A stretch of 64,000 nucleotides of DNA, taken from Stenotrophomonas sp. (GTDB lineage Bacteria > Pseudomonadota > Gammaproteobacteria > Xanthomonadales > Xanthomonadaceae). The stretch's first letter is position 1. Each line of letters starts with the position of its first letter. Positions 50,828 to 60,319 of this stretch are shown piece after piece. The DNA lies in assembly GCA_051885115.1 (NCBI GenBank), contig JBJEWP010000024.1, forward strand, positions 12,002 to 76,001. The letters run 5' to 3'. The position numbers and the translations under genes are program-made. Under the pieces are notes generated by a model. That model searched no databases and had not been told where the DNA came from. It worked only from the letters and a program-made list of their open reading frames with translations.

Positions 50828-52128
50828 ATCGCCGCCCGACCCTGCGGCGCAAACTGCTTGGCTGGCTGCTGGGCTATCTGGCCCTGGTCACCGTGGTGGT
50901 GTTTGCCGCCGCCAATTACGTGCATGAACACGCAGAGCATGCGGTCTGGCGGGCGATGCTCAACACCGAGTTGGACCGGGTGATCAGCCACCTGCGTCAG
51001 CAGCCCGGTTACCATTGGCAGGATTCGGACACCATGCAGCTGTTCCGCGGCGATGCCGTTGGCAACGGCTTGCCACCAGCGCTTCAGGCCCTGCACCCGG
51101 GCCTGCATGACGGCCCCTTGCTGGAGGGCCGCGACAGTGCGGTGATGGTGCGCCAGACCGATGATCTGGGGCGGCTGGTGATGGTGATGGACATCACCGA
51201 CTTTGCCGCGATGGAGTCGTTGACCACCCGCCTGGCGATCCTGGCCGGTGCCGCCCTGGTGCTGGTGACCCTGCTGATGGCCTGGCTGGGCATGGCCCGG
51301 TTGGTGCGGCCGCTGTCCAGCCTGGCCCAGTCCATCGCCGCCCTGCGCGAGGGTCAGATCAACCAACGGGTGGCAGTGGACCGGCGTGGCAGCGTCGAGC
51401 TGGAGGTGATTGCCAGCGCCGTCAATGACTACCTGGAGCGCAACCAGCGCTTTGTCGAGCGCGAACGCACCTTCATCAGCACTACCAGTCATGAGTTGCG
51501 CACGCCGATGGCGGTGATCAGCGGGGCCGCCGAGCTGGGTCTGGACCAGATGGACCTGCCCGAGCGTGCACGGCTGCAGCTGCAGCGTATCCGCAGTGTT
51601 TCCGGCGGCGTTGAACAGCTGATCAGCCTGCTGCTGGTGCTGGCGCGTGACCCCAGCCGGCTGGCCGCGCTGGGCGAGCAGATCGACCTGGTGCAGTTGA
51701 TCGCTGACGGGGTGCAGGACCACCAGCACCTTGCCGCAGGCAAGGAGCTGCAGATCAGCTATCGCATTGACAGTGATGCCCAGATATTTGCCCCGCCGGG
51801 GGTGGTCCAGGCGGCCATAGGCAACCTGTTGCGCAATGCCATCGAGAACAGTGACCGTGGCCAGGTGGTGGTATCGCTGCAGGCGCCGGCGCTGGTGCGC
51901 ATCACTGACTCGGGCCATGGCATGTCACCGCAGGAAATCAGTGCGTTGTACGCGCGGCTGGCGCGTGGCCGGGAGCAGGGCCATGGCGGTATTGGCCTGG
52001 CCTTGATCGCCCGCTTGTGCGAGCACCTGGGCTGGCAGCTGGCCCTGCAGCCGCACGCAGGTGGCGGCACGGTGGCCGAACTGGACCTGTCGGCGTCGTT
52101 GATTCCGGATGAAGCCAGTGGCAGTTGA
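50824..52128 (+). CDS. Sensor histidine kinase (ColS-like)
   Basis: Two TMs, HAMP, SHELRTP, NLLRNA, DSGHG, GIGLAL. Confidence 0.92.
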   Translation: MNRRPTLRRKLLGWLLGYLALVTVVVFAAANYVHEHAEHAVWRAMLNTELDRVISHLRQQPGYHWQDSDTMQLFRGDAVGNGLPPALQALHPGLHDGPLLEGRDSAVMVRQTDDLGRLVMVMDITDFAAMESLTTRLAILAGAALVLVTLLMAWLGMARLVRPLSSLAQSIAALREGQINQRVAVDRRGSVELEVIASAVNDYLERNQRFVERERTFISTTSHELRTPMAVISGAAELGLDQMDLPERARLQLQRIRSVSGGVEQLISLLLVLARDPSRLAALGEQIDLVQLIADGVQDHQHLAAGKELQISYRIDSDAQIFAPPGVVQAAIGNLLRNAIENSDRGQVVVSLQAPALVRITDSGHGMSPQEISALYARLARGREQGHGGIGLALIARLCEHLGWQLALQPHAGGGTVAELDLSASLIPDEASGS

Positions 52129-52151
52129 AGGCCGCTGCCGGGTGGTGGCCT

Positions 52152-52640
52152 TCAGTTGACCGGCAGCTGGCGCTCGATCAGCCAGCGGCGTGCATCCTCG
52201 GCATCGCCTTCAAACCAGGCCCGGGTCGAGCCCAGCCGGTAGGTATAGCCCCAGGCATCCATGTCGGCCATCAGACGCGCGCTGCCCACGCCGGGCAGAC
52301 GCCCGGCCAGCACGATCTGCAGGTAGCAGGTGGCATCTTCCTCGGCCACCGAGTCGGTGGCATCGGTATCCACCAGCGCGCGCTTGTCGGCGGGCAGCAC
52401 GATCAGGTGGCAGGCCTCGTGCAGCATCGAATGCACCGGGGTGTCATCGCGCACGTAGACATTGGCGCCAATGATCCCGGCCTCCGGCTCACCCCAGTAA
52501 CTGCCGGGGATCTTTTGCCCGGCTGCCACGTGGTGCAGGGTCAGGCCGAAACCGGCGAGCAGGGCGGCGGCATCGCCAAAGTGGATCTGCGCCAGCGTCA
52601 TCACGCTGGCGGCGGGGGCGGGAGTCGATGCAGTGTTCAC
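52152..52640 (-). CDS. Conserved hypothetical protein with HExxH motif
   Basis: IPGSYWGEPEAG, LHEACH, EEDATC; downstream of minE; start uncertain. Confidence 0.75.
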   Translation of the reverse strand: MNTASTPAPAASVMTLAQIHFGDAAALLAGFGLTLHHVAAGQKIPGSYWGEPEAGIIGANVYVRDDTPVHSMLHEACHLIVLPADKRALVDTDATDSVAEEDATCYLQIVLAGRLPGVGSARLMADMDAWGYTYRLGSTRAWFEGDAEDARRWLIERQLPVN

Positions 52641-52682
52641 GCAGGTACCCAACCCCGGCGCGCAGCGGCGCCGGGGCCTTGC

Positions 52683-52934
52683 TTACTTGTCGTCGGGCAG
52701 GGCGACGGAAATGTCGAGCACGTCGTTGGCGCCATCACGGACCAGGTCGACCTTGACTGCATCGACGTCGATATTGACGTACTTCTTGATCACTTCCAGC
52801 AGCTCACGCTGCAGCAGCGGCAGGTAATCCGGGCCGCCACGGCTGCTGCGCTCCTGCGCGATGATGATCTGCAGACGGTTCTTGGCCGTCTCGGCGGTGT
52901 TCTTCTTTTTATGCAGGAAGTCGAGCAATCCCAT
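52683..52934 (-). CDS. minE: Cell division topological specificity factor
   Basis: [36 protein letters not shown]. Confidence 0.97.
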   Translation of the reverse strand: MGLLDFLHKKKNTAETAKNRLQIIIAQERSSRGGPDYLPLLQRELLEVIKKYVNIDVDAVKVDLVRDGANDVLDISVALPDDK

Positions 52935-52938
52935 GCTT

Positions 52939-53748
52939 TTAGCCTCCGAACAGCTTGCTGAAGAAGCCCTTCTTCTCCACGCTGGTGAAACGCATCGGGC
53001 GCTCTTCGCCCAGGATGCGCATGACGGCATCGTCGTAGGCCTGGCCGGCGATCGATTCGGTATCCAGGATCACCGGCTCGCCCTTGTTGGAGGCATTGAG
53101 CACGTCGGGTGATTCGGGAATCACGCCCAGACACTTCAGACCCAGCACTTCCTCGACGTCGGTGATGGAAAGCATCTCGCCGGTTTCCACTCGTGCCGGG
53201 TTGTAGCGGGTCAGCAGCAGGCGCGATTCGAGCGGCTTGCCGTTTTCCGCACGCAGGGTCTTGGAGTCGAGCAGGCCGATGATGCGGTCCGAGTCGCGTA
53301 CCGAGGAGACTTCCGGGTTGACCACGACAATGGCGCGGTCGGCGTAGTACATGGCCAGGAACGCGCCCTTCTCGATGCCGGCCGGGGAGTCGCACAGGAT
53401 GTAGTCAAAGCCGTCGTCGGCCAGTTCCTTCAGGACCTTGCCCACGCCTTCCTGGTGCAGGGCGTCCTTGTCGCGGGTCTGCGAGGCGGCCAGCACGAAC
53501 AGGTTGTCAAAGCGCTTGTCCTTGATCATGGCCTGTTTCAGGCTGGCCTCGCCGTTGACCACATTGACGAAGTCGTACACCACACGACGCTCGCAACCCA
53601 TGATCAGGTCCAGGTTGCGCAGGCCGACATCGAAGTCGATGACGGCAACTTTCTTGCCCTTGCGTGCCAGGCCACAGGCCAGGCTGGCGCTGGTGGTGGT
53701 CTTGCCGACGCCGCCCTTGCCCGAGGTGACTACGATGATTTCAGCCAA
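52939..53748 (-). CDS. minD: Septum site-determining ATPase
   Basis: [29 protein letters not shown]-terminal GFFSKLFGG. Confidence 0.98.
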   Translation of the reverse strand: MAEIIVVTSGKGGVGKTTTSASLACGLARKGKKVAVIDFDVGLRNLDLIMGCERRVVYDFVNVVNGEASLKQAMIKDKRFDNLFVLAASQTRDKDALHQEGVGKVLKELADDGFDYILCDSPAGIEKGAFLAMYYADRAIVVVNPEVSSVRDSDRIIGLLDSKTLRAENGKPLESRLLLTRYNPARVETGEMLSITDVEEVLGLKCLGVIPESPDVLNASNKGEPVILDTESIAGQAYDDAVMRILGEERPMRFTSVEKKGFFSKLFGG

Positions 53749-53781
53749 AGGACTTCTCCTGGTGTGTTGGGTTGAGCCGGC

Positions 53782-54543
53782 TCAGTCCAGAGCGGCGATC
53801 ATGATCTGGTCCTGCTCCAGCCAGACCTGGACGGCCTTGCCACGCAGGTCGGCCGATACATCGTCAAGCACTTTGTAACGGCCGGCAATGGCCACCAGCT
53901 CGGCGTGGAACTCACGACAGAAAATACGCGCATTCGCATTGCCCTGCGCGCCGGCCAGGGCGCGGCCGCGCAAGGTGCCATAAATATGGATGCTGCCATC
54001 GGAGATCACTTCGGCGCCGGCACCGACGGAGGACAGCACGGTGAGGTCGCCGTTGTGGGCGTACAGCTGCTGCCCCGAGCGCACGGTGGTGTGATGCATC
54101 TTGCCTTGCTCGGCATCGCCGGCCGGGGCCACTGGTGGTGCTGCCGCGGGTGCCGGGGCCGGGGCATGAGGCCGGGCCGGGGGCGGCGGTGCGGCATCCT
54201 GGTCACGCTCGTACTGGGCGCGGAACCTGGCCAGCACGGGCAGGCCAAGCTGCCGGCTGAGCTGTTCGGTGGCGCTGGTGCCGTAGGCCAGTGCCACCGG
54301 CAGCACGCCTGCCTGGCGCAGGCCGTTGATCAGGGCCTGTGCCGTGGGCAGGTCGGGCACCTGGGACAGGCCGCCGAAATCCAGTACCACTGCCGCGCGC
54401 GCAAACAGCTTCGGTGCGCGGCTGACGCGCTCCTGCATTTCCTGCACCAGACGTGGGACATCCAGGCTGCGCACACGCAGGTTGGCGATTCCCACCTGGC
54501 CGATCTTCAGTTCACCGGCCTGTTCAAAGTCATTCATCTGCAT
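53782..54543 (-). CDS. minC: Septum site-determining protein
   Basis: TVRSGQQLYA, VGAGAEVI, GSIHIYGTLRGRALAG, AELVAIAG. Confidence 0.96.
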   Translation of the reverse strand: MQMNDFEQAGELKIGQVGIANLRVRSLDVPRLVQEMQERVSRAPKLFARAAVVLDFGGLSQVPDLPTAQALINGLRQAGVLPVALAYGTSATEQLSRQLGLPVLARFRAQYERDQDAAPPPPARPHAPAPAPAAAPPVAPAGDAEQGKMHHTTVRSGQQLYAHNGDLTVLSSVGAGAEVISDGSIHIYGTLRGRALAGAQGNANARIFCREFHAELVAIAGRYKVLDDVSADLRGKAVQVWLEQDQIMIAALD

Positions 54544-54547
54544 CACA

Positions 54548-55138
54548 TCAATTCCCGGCCGGGGCCGGGGCGACAGGAGTACGCGGCTTGATGATCCAGT
54601 CCGCATCGGGCAACTGCCCACCGTAGGTATCACGGACCCAAGGGTAGCTGCACAGGTCCTTGAGCATCATGCTGGCACGTACATCGACATTGCGCATGGT
54701 GTTCTGGCCGATCTCGCGGAAGCCGAAGCTGCCATGGAACAGCAGGGCGGCATCGGCGCCGTGGTCCAGGAACACCTCGCAGGCGATGTGCGGGTAGCGC
54801 AGCTCGGCATAGCTCTGGATGTCCGCATACAGGGCGCGGCCGACACCGCCGCCGCGACGGCGGCTGGCCACCACGATGCGGTCGATGTAGCAAAAATGGG
54901 CGTAGCGCTGGGCAAACCAGGCAAAGTTGCTGGAATCGTGCGCGCTGGCACTGCCGAAGCCGATCAGGAAGCCGGCCAGGGCGCCGTCGCGTTCGGCAAT
55001 GCGGAAATACTCGGCATGGTCATAGAAATAACGCAGCCGCGCGGCATCCATGGGCAGGATGGCAGAGCCGGCATTGTTGTTCAATGCCAGGACAGCATCG
55101 AGCTCCTGCTCGCGGACATCGCGGATGACAATGGACAT
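54548..55138 (-). CDS. GNAT family N-acetyltransferase
   Basis: YIDRIVVA..RRGGGVGRALY acetyl-CoA motif; FHGSFGF. Confidence 0.88.
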   Translation of the reverse strand: MSIVIRDVREQELDAVLALNNNAGSAILPMDAARLRYFYDHAEYFRIAERDGALAGFLIGFGSASAHDSSNFAWFAQRYAHFCYIDRIVVASRRRGGGVGRALYADIQSYAELRYPHIACEVFLDHGADAALLFHGSFGFREIGQNTMRNVDVRASMMLKDLCSYPWVRDTYGGQLPDADWIIKPRTPVAPAPAGN

Positions 55139-55271
55139 GCACACTCCGGTGGGGCGAACGAAAGGCGCCAGGGCGCGGCCGATTATCGCACGCCCTGCCC
55201 GGCGGGCGAAGGGCGGCGGGCATGACCATCGGTACGGTGCCGGCGCGCGTGCACTGGCTTTAAGATGAACC

Positions 55272-56489
55272 ATGTTCGGACAACTCAGTCATACCCGCGT
55301 GCTGCGTCACGCCGGCCTGTTCACCTGGGCCCTGGTGGCCCTGCCGCTGGCCTACAGCCACTTCTACCCGTCCTGGGATGATCTGGGTGGGCAGGGGGCA
55401 CAGCTGTTTTGTGCCTACACCGGTTTCGGTGCCGGCTACTGGTGGCTCACCCGTGGGCTGGAAACCGGTGGCCACTCCGGCTGGTATGACCGCCTGCTGC
55501 TGGTGGCGCTGACCTGTTTTGCGCTGATGGTCAGCTATGCCAGCTGGTCGGGCCTGGGCTCGATCCTGATGATGGTCGCGGCCGGGGTGATCCCCTGGCT
55601 GCTGCCGGTGCGCGCCGGGGTGGCCTGGTTGTTGATCAGCCAGCTGGCAGTGCTGCCGGTGTACTGGTTGAACCTGCACATGTCGCTGTTCGAGGCCTTG
55701 ATGCAGACCCTGCTGTATGCCGGTTTTTCCATGTTCGTGTTTGTCACCTCGCTGGTGGCCCGGCAGCAGGCCCATGCCCGCGAACTGCAGCGTCGGCTCA
55801 ATGCCGAGCTGCGTGCAACCCGGGTGCTGCTGGCCGAAAGTGCCCGGGTCAACGAGCGCACACGCATTTCGCGCGAGCTGCATGACCTGCTCGGTCACCA
55901 CCTGACCGCACTGAGCCTGAACCTGGAAGTGGCCGGCCACATCACCCAGGGCCAGGCGCGCGAACATGTGCGCCAGGCCCACGTGTTGGCCAAGCTGTTG
56001 CTTACCGACGTGCGCGAGGCGGTCAGCACCATGCGTGAAAGCGGCGCCATCGACCTGGCCGCGACCCTTCGCCCGCTGGCCGAAGGGGTGCCGTCGCTGG
56101 CAGTGGAGCTGGACATTCCCCAGCAGCTGGAGATCGACGACCCCGAGCGCGCCCACGTGCTGCTGCGCTGCGCCCAGGAAATAATCACCAATACCGCCCG
56201 CCACGCCCGCGGGGCGCGTTCGCTTTACCTGCGCCTGGCGCGCCGTGACGGCCAGCTGGTGCTGAGCTCGCGCGATGACGGTGCCGGTGCCGACCCGGCG
56301 CGGTTTGCCGCAGGCAACGGCTTGCGCGGCATGCGCGAACGCCTGGCCCAGCTGGGCGGCAAGGTGGAGATACAGACGGCACCGGGCAAGGGCTTTGCCC
56401 TGACCGTGATGCTGCCCGAACACTCGCCAGGCATTACGCTGATGCCTACCGATGAGGAGAATGTTGATGATTCGCGTCTGCCTGGTTGA
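55272..56489 (+). CDS. Membrane sensor histidine kinase, HisKA_3 (DesK/NarX-like)
   Basis: Five or six TMs, ERTRISRELHDLLGHHL, QEIITN, DDGAG, GNGLRGMRER. Confidence 0.92.
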   Translation: MFGQLSHTRVLRHAGLFTWALVALPLAYSHFYPSWDDLGGQGAQLFCAYTGFGAGYWWLTRGLETGGHSGWYDRLLLVALTCFALMVSYASWSGLGSILMMVAAGVIPWLLPVRAGVAWLLISQLAVLPVYWLNLHMSLFEALMQTLLYAGFSMFVFVTSLVARQQAHARELQRRLNAELRATRVLLAESARVNERTRISRELHDLLGHHLTALSLNLEVAGHITQGQAREHVRQAHVLAKLLLTDVREAVSTMRESGAIDLAATLRPLAEGVPSLAVELDIPQQLEIDDPERAHVLLRCAQEIITNTARHARGARSLYLRLARRDGQLVLSSRDDGAGADPARFAAGNGLRGMRERLAQLGGKVEIQTAPGKGFALTVMLPEHSPGITLMPTDEENVDDSRLPG

Positions 56490-57108
56490 TGACCAGACCC
56501 TGGTACGCCAGGGGATCCGCTCGCTGCTGGCGCTGGACGGCGGCATCGAGGTGGTGGCCGAGGCCGCCGATGGCCGCCAGGCTGTGGCCATGATCCCGGC
56601 CCAGCGACCGGATGTGGTGCTGATGGACATGCGCATGCCGGTGATGAGCGGGCTGGAGGCGCTGCAGACGCTGGCCGCGGCCGGGCAGCTGCCGCCGACC
56701 ATCATCCTGACCACCTTTGATGACGACCAGCTGGTGCTGGCCGGGCTCAAGGCCGGGGCCAAAGGCTACCTGCTCAAGGATGTCTCGCTGGAGCAGCTGG
56801 TCGGCGCGATCCGCACCGTGGCCGATGGCGGCTCGCTGGTGCAGCCGGCAGTGACCCAGCGCCTGCTCTCCGGGCTGGAGCACATGCGCAACGAGTTCGT
56901 CAGCCTGGACCGCCCGGACCCGCTGACCGAACGCGAGACCGAGATCCTGCGGTTGATGGCCAGCGGCTTTTCCAACAAGGAAATCGCCAACTCGCTGGGC
57001 GTGGCCGAGGGCACGATCAAGAACCACGTTTCCAACATCCTGTCCAAGCTCGGTGTACGTGACCGTACCCGCGCAGTGTTGAAGGCCTTCGAGCTGCAGC
57101 TGGTCTGA
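56467..57108 (+). CDS. NarL/LuxR family response regulator
   Basis: LVDDQ, LMDMRMP, LTTF, LTERETEIL...SNKEIA...TIKNHVSNILSKL. Confidence 0.94.
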   Translation: MIRVCLVDDQTLVRQGIRSLLALDGGIEVVAEAADGRQAVAMIPAQRPDVVLMDMRMPVMSGLEALQTLAAAGQLPPTIILTTFDDDQLVLAGLKAGAKGYLLKDVSLEQLVGAIRTVADGGSLVQPAVTQRLLSGLEHMRNEFVSLDRPDPLTERETEILRLMASGFSNKEIANSLGVAEGTIKNHVSNILSKLGVRDRTRAVLKAFELQLV

Positions 57109-57193
57109 TCCGGCGCGAACAACCCACGGTACCGGCCGCGGGCTGTTCAGGAAGGGGGGGCGCCATTAGGATTGTTTGGGTCACGTTCAGCAC

Positions 57194-57209
57194 TGTGATT
57201 GATTTCACA
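57194..57209. promoter_or_regulatory. Consensus CRP/Clp box
   Basis: TGTGA-TTGATT-TCACA (TGTGA-N6-TCACA), about 140 bp upstream of the 57348 ATG. Confidence 0.65.
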
Positions 57210-57347
57210 TCGAACACGCGCCCCCGGCCAAGCAAAGCCCCAGTGGAAGTGGGGTCAGAATGTAATAAACAAGCGGCGCGAAGCCTGCTAGGATGCGAGC
57301 TTCGCTTCAATTAACCCGGCCGTGGCATCGGCCTCGGAGACTCTTGC

Positions 57348-58418
57348 ATGACCCGTATTATCGAGTTCCTGATCGCCTTGGGGATCGTGGCAATCCTGTT
57401 CGTCATCATCGGCGTCTGCCTGCCGGGTGAGCGCCATATCAGCGAAAGCATCGAAACCAACCGCAAGATGACCATCGTCAATGACACGGTCAACAGCCTG
57501 CGCCGGTTCAAGGACTGGAACCCGCTGGTGCTGCGCGATCCGGCCATGAAGCTGTCCTACAGCGGCCCGGCCAGCGGCGTTGGTGCCCGTATGGAATATG
57601 ACTCTGCCGACATGGGCAAGGGCAGCTGGGAAATCACTGAGAGCCAGGAAAACGAGCGTGTTGTCTACACCCTGGACAACAGCCAGCGTGGTTCGGACAA
57701 GACCATGACCTTCCTGCTCGAGCCGACCGGCAAGGACAACCGTAACGTCAAGATCACCCAGGAATACTCGGTGAAGTACGGTATGGACCTGTTCGGCCGC
57801 TACGCCGGCCTGTATGTCAGCCGCCACGTCGGTGATGACATCAAGATGGGCCTGGGCCGCCTGCAGACCATGCTGGCCGGTGTGCCGAACATCGACTACC
57901 GCGATTCGAACACCACCCTGGCCGACCTGGGTGTGGTTGACCTGGCTGCCGAAGACGTACTGGTGGTCAACGCCGGCAACATCGATCGCGGCAACGAGAC
58001 CATCCGCCAGTCCATCAAGGACAACCAGGAGTGGATCAAGCGCGTGATGGACAACAACGGTCTGGAAGCTGCCGGCCCGCTGCGCATCATCACCACCGAT
58101 TTCGGCGCCGAGAAGTACGCCTTCGACGTGGCCCAGCCGGTGCGCAAGAAGGGTGCCACCGAAGTGTCGGCCGAAGAGCTGAGCGTGAAGGTTGATGGCA
58201 CCCCGGTGACCTACAGCCGCCTGCCGGCCCGCAAGTCGGCCCACGCTACCTATGTCGGCCACATGGCTGGCCTGGATGTTGCCCGCAACGCCCTGCGTTC
58301 CTGGGCCACCACCAACGGCCACGAGTTGATCGAGCGTCCGTACGAATCGTGGAACGATGGGCTGGACAAGTCCTTCACCCAGGAAGGCAGCTACGACATC
58401 TACTGGTCGGTCAAGTAA
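57348..58418 (+). CDS. SRPBCC/polyketide cyclase domain protein with a C-terminal GyrI-like domain
   Basis: N-terminal TM, F.DWNP...GP.SGVGA SRPBCC pattern; C-terminal ATYVGH..GL and PYESW resemble GyrI-like folds. Confidence 0.75.
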   Translation: MTRIIEFLIALGIVAILFVIIGVCLPGERHISESIETNRKMTIVNDTVNSLRRFKDWNPLVLRDPAMKLSYSGPASGVGARMEYDSADMGKGSWEITESQENERVVYTLDNSQRGSDKTMTFLLEPTGKDNRNVKITQEYSVKYGMDLFGRYAGLYVSRHVGDDIKMGLGRLQTMLAGVPNIDYRDSNTTLADLGVVDLAAEDVLVVNAGNIDRGNETIRQSIKDNQEWIKRVMDNNGLEAAGPLRIITTDFGAEKYAFDVAQPVRKKGATEVSAEELSVKVDGTPVTYSRLPARKSAHATYVGHMAGLDVARNALRSWATTNGHELIERPYESWNDGLDKSFTQEGSYDIYWSVK

Positions 58419-58445
58419 GCGCACCGCGCTCACCTGCTGGTCCTG

Positions 58446-58476
58446 AAAAACGCGCCGCGCAAGCGGCGCGTTTTTT
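58446..58476. terminator. Intrinsic terminator
   Basis: AAAAACGCGCCGC-GCAA-GCGGCGCGTTTTTT. Confidence 0.9.
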
Positions 58477-58530
58477 GTTGCCGGGCATTGTTTGCCACAA
58501 TCGCTGGCAGTGACGTTTCGCAGGTGAACC

Positions 58531-58899
58531 ATGAAGGATTTTGCAAGGCGCGCCCAGGGCAGCTGCGGTGCGTTGCTGGCCCTGCTGGCCATCGGCTGTT
58601 CGGCCTGGGCCACCCACGGCTTGCCGCCGGGGCGGGCGCAGCACAACGTGCTGATGGCCTGCCTGTATGCCTTCGGCCACGGCGCGGTACTGGCGGTGCT
58701 GGCGCAGCAGGCACTGTCAGCGCTGGCACGCGCAGGGCTGTGGGTGCTGTTGTGTGGCGTGCTGCTGTTTTCCGGCAGCCTGCTGGCCGGGGCGGTGCTG
58801 GGCTGGTCGACCCGGGCGGCGCCCTTGGGCGGGCTGCTGTTGATGCTGGGCTGGCTGTTGCTGTCGCTGGGCTTCTGGCAGCGCAAGGGCGAAGCCTGA
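58531..58899 (+). CDS. DUF423 family membrane protein
   Basis: AWATHG, LLFSGSL, APLGGLLLMLGW. Confidence 0.8.
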   Translation: MKDFARRAQGSCGALLALLAIGCSAWATHGLPPGRAQHNVLMACLYAFGHGAVLAVLAQQALSALARAGLWVLLCGVLLFSGSLLAGAVLGWSTRAAPLGGLLLMLGWLLLSLGFWQRKGEA

Positions 58900-58930
58900 A
58901 TGAACAAGCCGCCTGACGGCGGCCTGTTGC

Positions 58931-59740
58931 TCAGCAGTCGCTGGCCACCCGGTGACACCAGTGCCAGGGCTCGTAAACGATGCCGTGCGGGTTGTCGCGC
59001 GGGTAGCTGAGCTGGAAACCGAAGCGGCCGGCATGGGCCTGCAGCCAGGCGAAGGCGGGGGTGGCCTCGAAGCTTTCCTCGGCCGCCGGCTCGCCCGGGG
59101 TGCCGATGTCCAGGGCACGCCCGCTGTGGTGTTCGGAAAAGCCGGGGGCGGCATTGACGGTGAGGATCTGCTCAACGCTCAGGCCGCGGGCCTGTTTGCG
59201 GGCAAAGATGCCGGCCTGGTAGGCGTGCGAGCGGTAGCCGGAGATTGCCTCAAGGACGATGCCATCGGCTGACGCGGCCAGGCGCATGCGCTGCCAGCTG
59301 CGGCCGGCGTGGCGGGTCAGCCACAGCGGCCGGCGCCAGCGGTCCAAGCCGGCCAGTTCCAGCCAGGCCGGTTCGGCGCACAGGGCAAGGCCGCTGTCGG
59401 TGGCGTACTGGTCTGCTTCCAGCCCCAGCCCCTGCAGCTGGGCCAGCAGGCCGTCCAGCGGCAAGTGGGCAGCGGCCGCCGGCAGTTGGCCGCGGATGCC
59501 GATGCCGTCGAGCACGCGCAGGGCGGCGATCAGGCCGGGTTCGTCGGGCAGGCGGCTGACCAGCGGCAGCAGGCCACCGGGCAGGCGGGCGGCCAGGTAG
59601 CGGCCGTCGGCCTTGCGCCGCAACAGCCAGTCGGCCAGGGACAGGCTGCGGGCATCACGGTTGCTGCGTGCGCGCAGCAGGCTGGCCGGCAGGATCTCGA
59701 TCTGGGGGCTGTTGTACAGCCGCAGGGGGGCATTGCGCAT
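58931..59740 (-). CDS. M15B D-alanyl-D-alanine carboxypeptidase (VanY-like)
   Basis: SGYRS, APGFSEHHSGRALD, YEPWHW. Confidence 0.9.
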   Translation of the reverse strand: MRNAPLRLYNSPQIEILPASLLRARSNRDARSLSLADWLLRRKADGRYLAARLPGGLLPLVSRLPDEPGLIAALRVLDGIGIRGQLPAAAAHLPLDGLLAQLQGLGLEADQYATDSGLALCAEPAWLELAGLDRWRRPLWLTRHAGRSWQRMRLAASADGIVLEAISGYRSHAYQAGIFARKQARGLSVEQILTVNAAPGFSEHHSGRALDIGTPGEPAAEESFEATPAFAWLQAHAGRFGFQLSYPRDNPHGIVYEPWHWCHRVASDC

Positions 59741-59749
59741 CGCCCAAGC

Positions 59750-60319
59750 TTAGGCCCGGGCGGGGTTGCTGGCCAGTTGCTGCAGGTGCTCCAGCAGTGC
59801 CTGCGCCCGTTGCGGCTGCAGCAACAGGTCATAGCCCTGGTCGGTGGGCAGCCACAGCACCCTGTCCTGGTTGTAAATGGCCACCAGCGCCTTGTTGCCG
59901 TTGGCCAGGCGGTACCAGCCGCTCTTCAGCCCGGGCAGGCTGGTGCCATTGGTCTTGCGCCGGGGGCGGTAGTCGGTGTGTTCGGCCAGGTCGATGACCC
60001 GGGCCTTGTCCAGCTGCAGGCTGGTCAAGGGCAGGTGGCGACGATAGAAGCTGCTGGTGATCTGCAGCCCGTGCTTGTCCAGGCGCAGCTGCTGGCGGCG
60101 CAGCAGCCAGTCCAGGGCAAGCCAGACCGGCACCAGCAGCAGGGCCACCGCGGCGTAGCTGGCATACACCCCGCCAAAGCGCGCGTGCTTGCCCAGGTCC
60201 GCATCGAAGCTGGTCAACAGCAGCGGCACCAGCACCACCACGACGAAGGCGAGCAGGCGGGTCAGTTTCCCGGGGCGCTGCAACTGTGCGGCATCGGGCA
60301 GGCGGGTGATCGGGTTCAT
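59750..60319 (-). CDS. Membrane protein with bacterial PH domain
   Basis: Two TMs, then RKTNGTSLPGLKSGWYRL motif. Confidence 0.8.
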   Translation of the reverse strand: MNPITRLPDAAQLQRPGKLTRLLAFVVVVLVPLLLTSFDADLGKHARFGGVYASYAAVALLLVPVWLALDWLLRRQQLRLDKHGLQITSSFYRRHLPLTSLQLDKARVIDLAEHTDYRPRRKTNGTSLPGLKSGWYRLANGNKALVAIYNQDRVLWLPTDQGYDLLLQPQRAQALLEHLQQLASNPARA

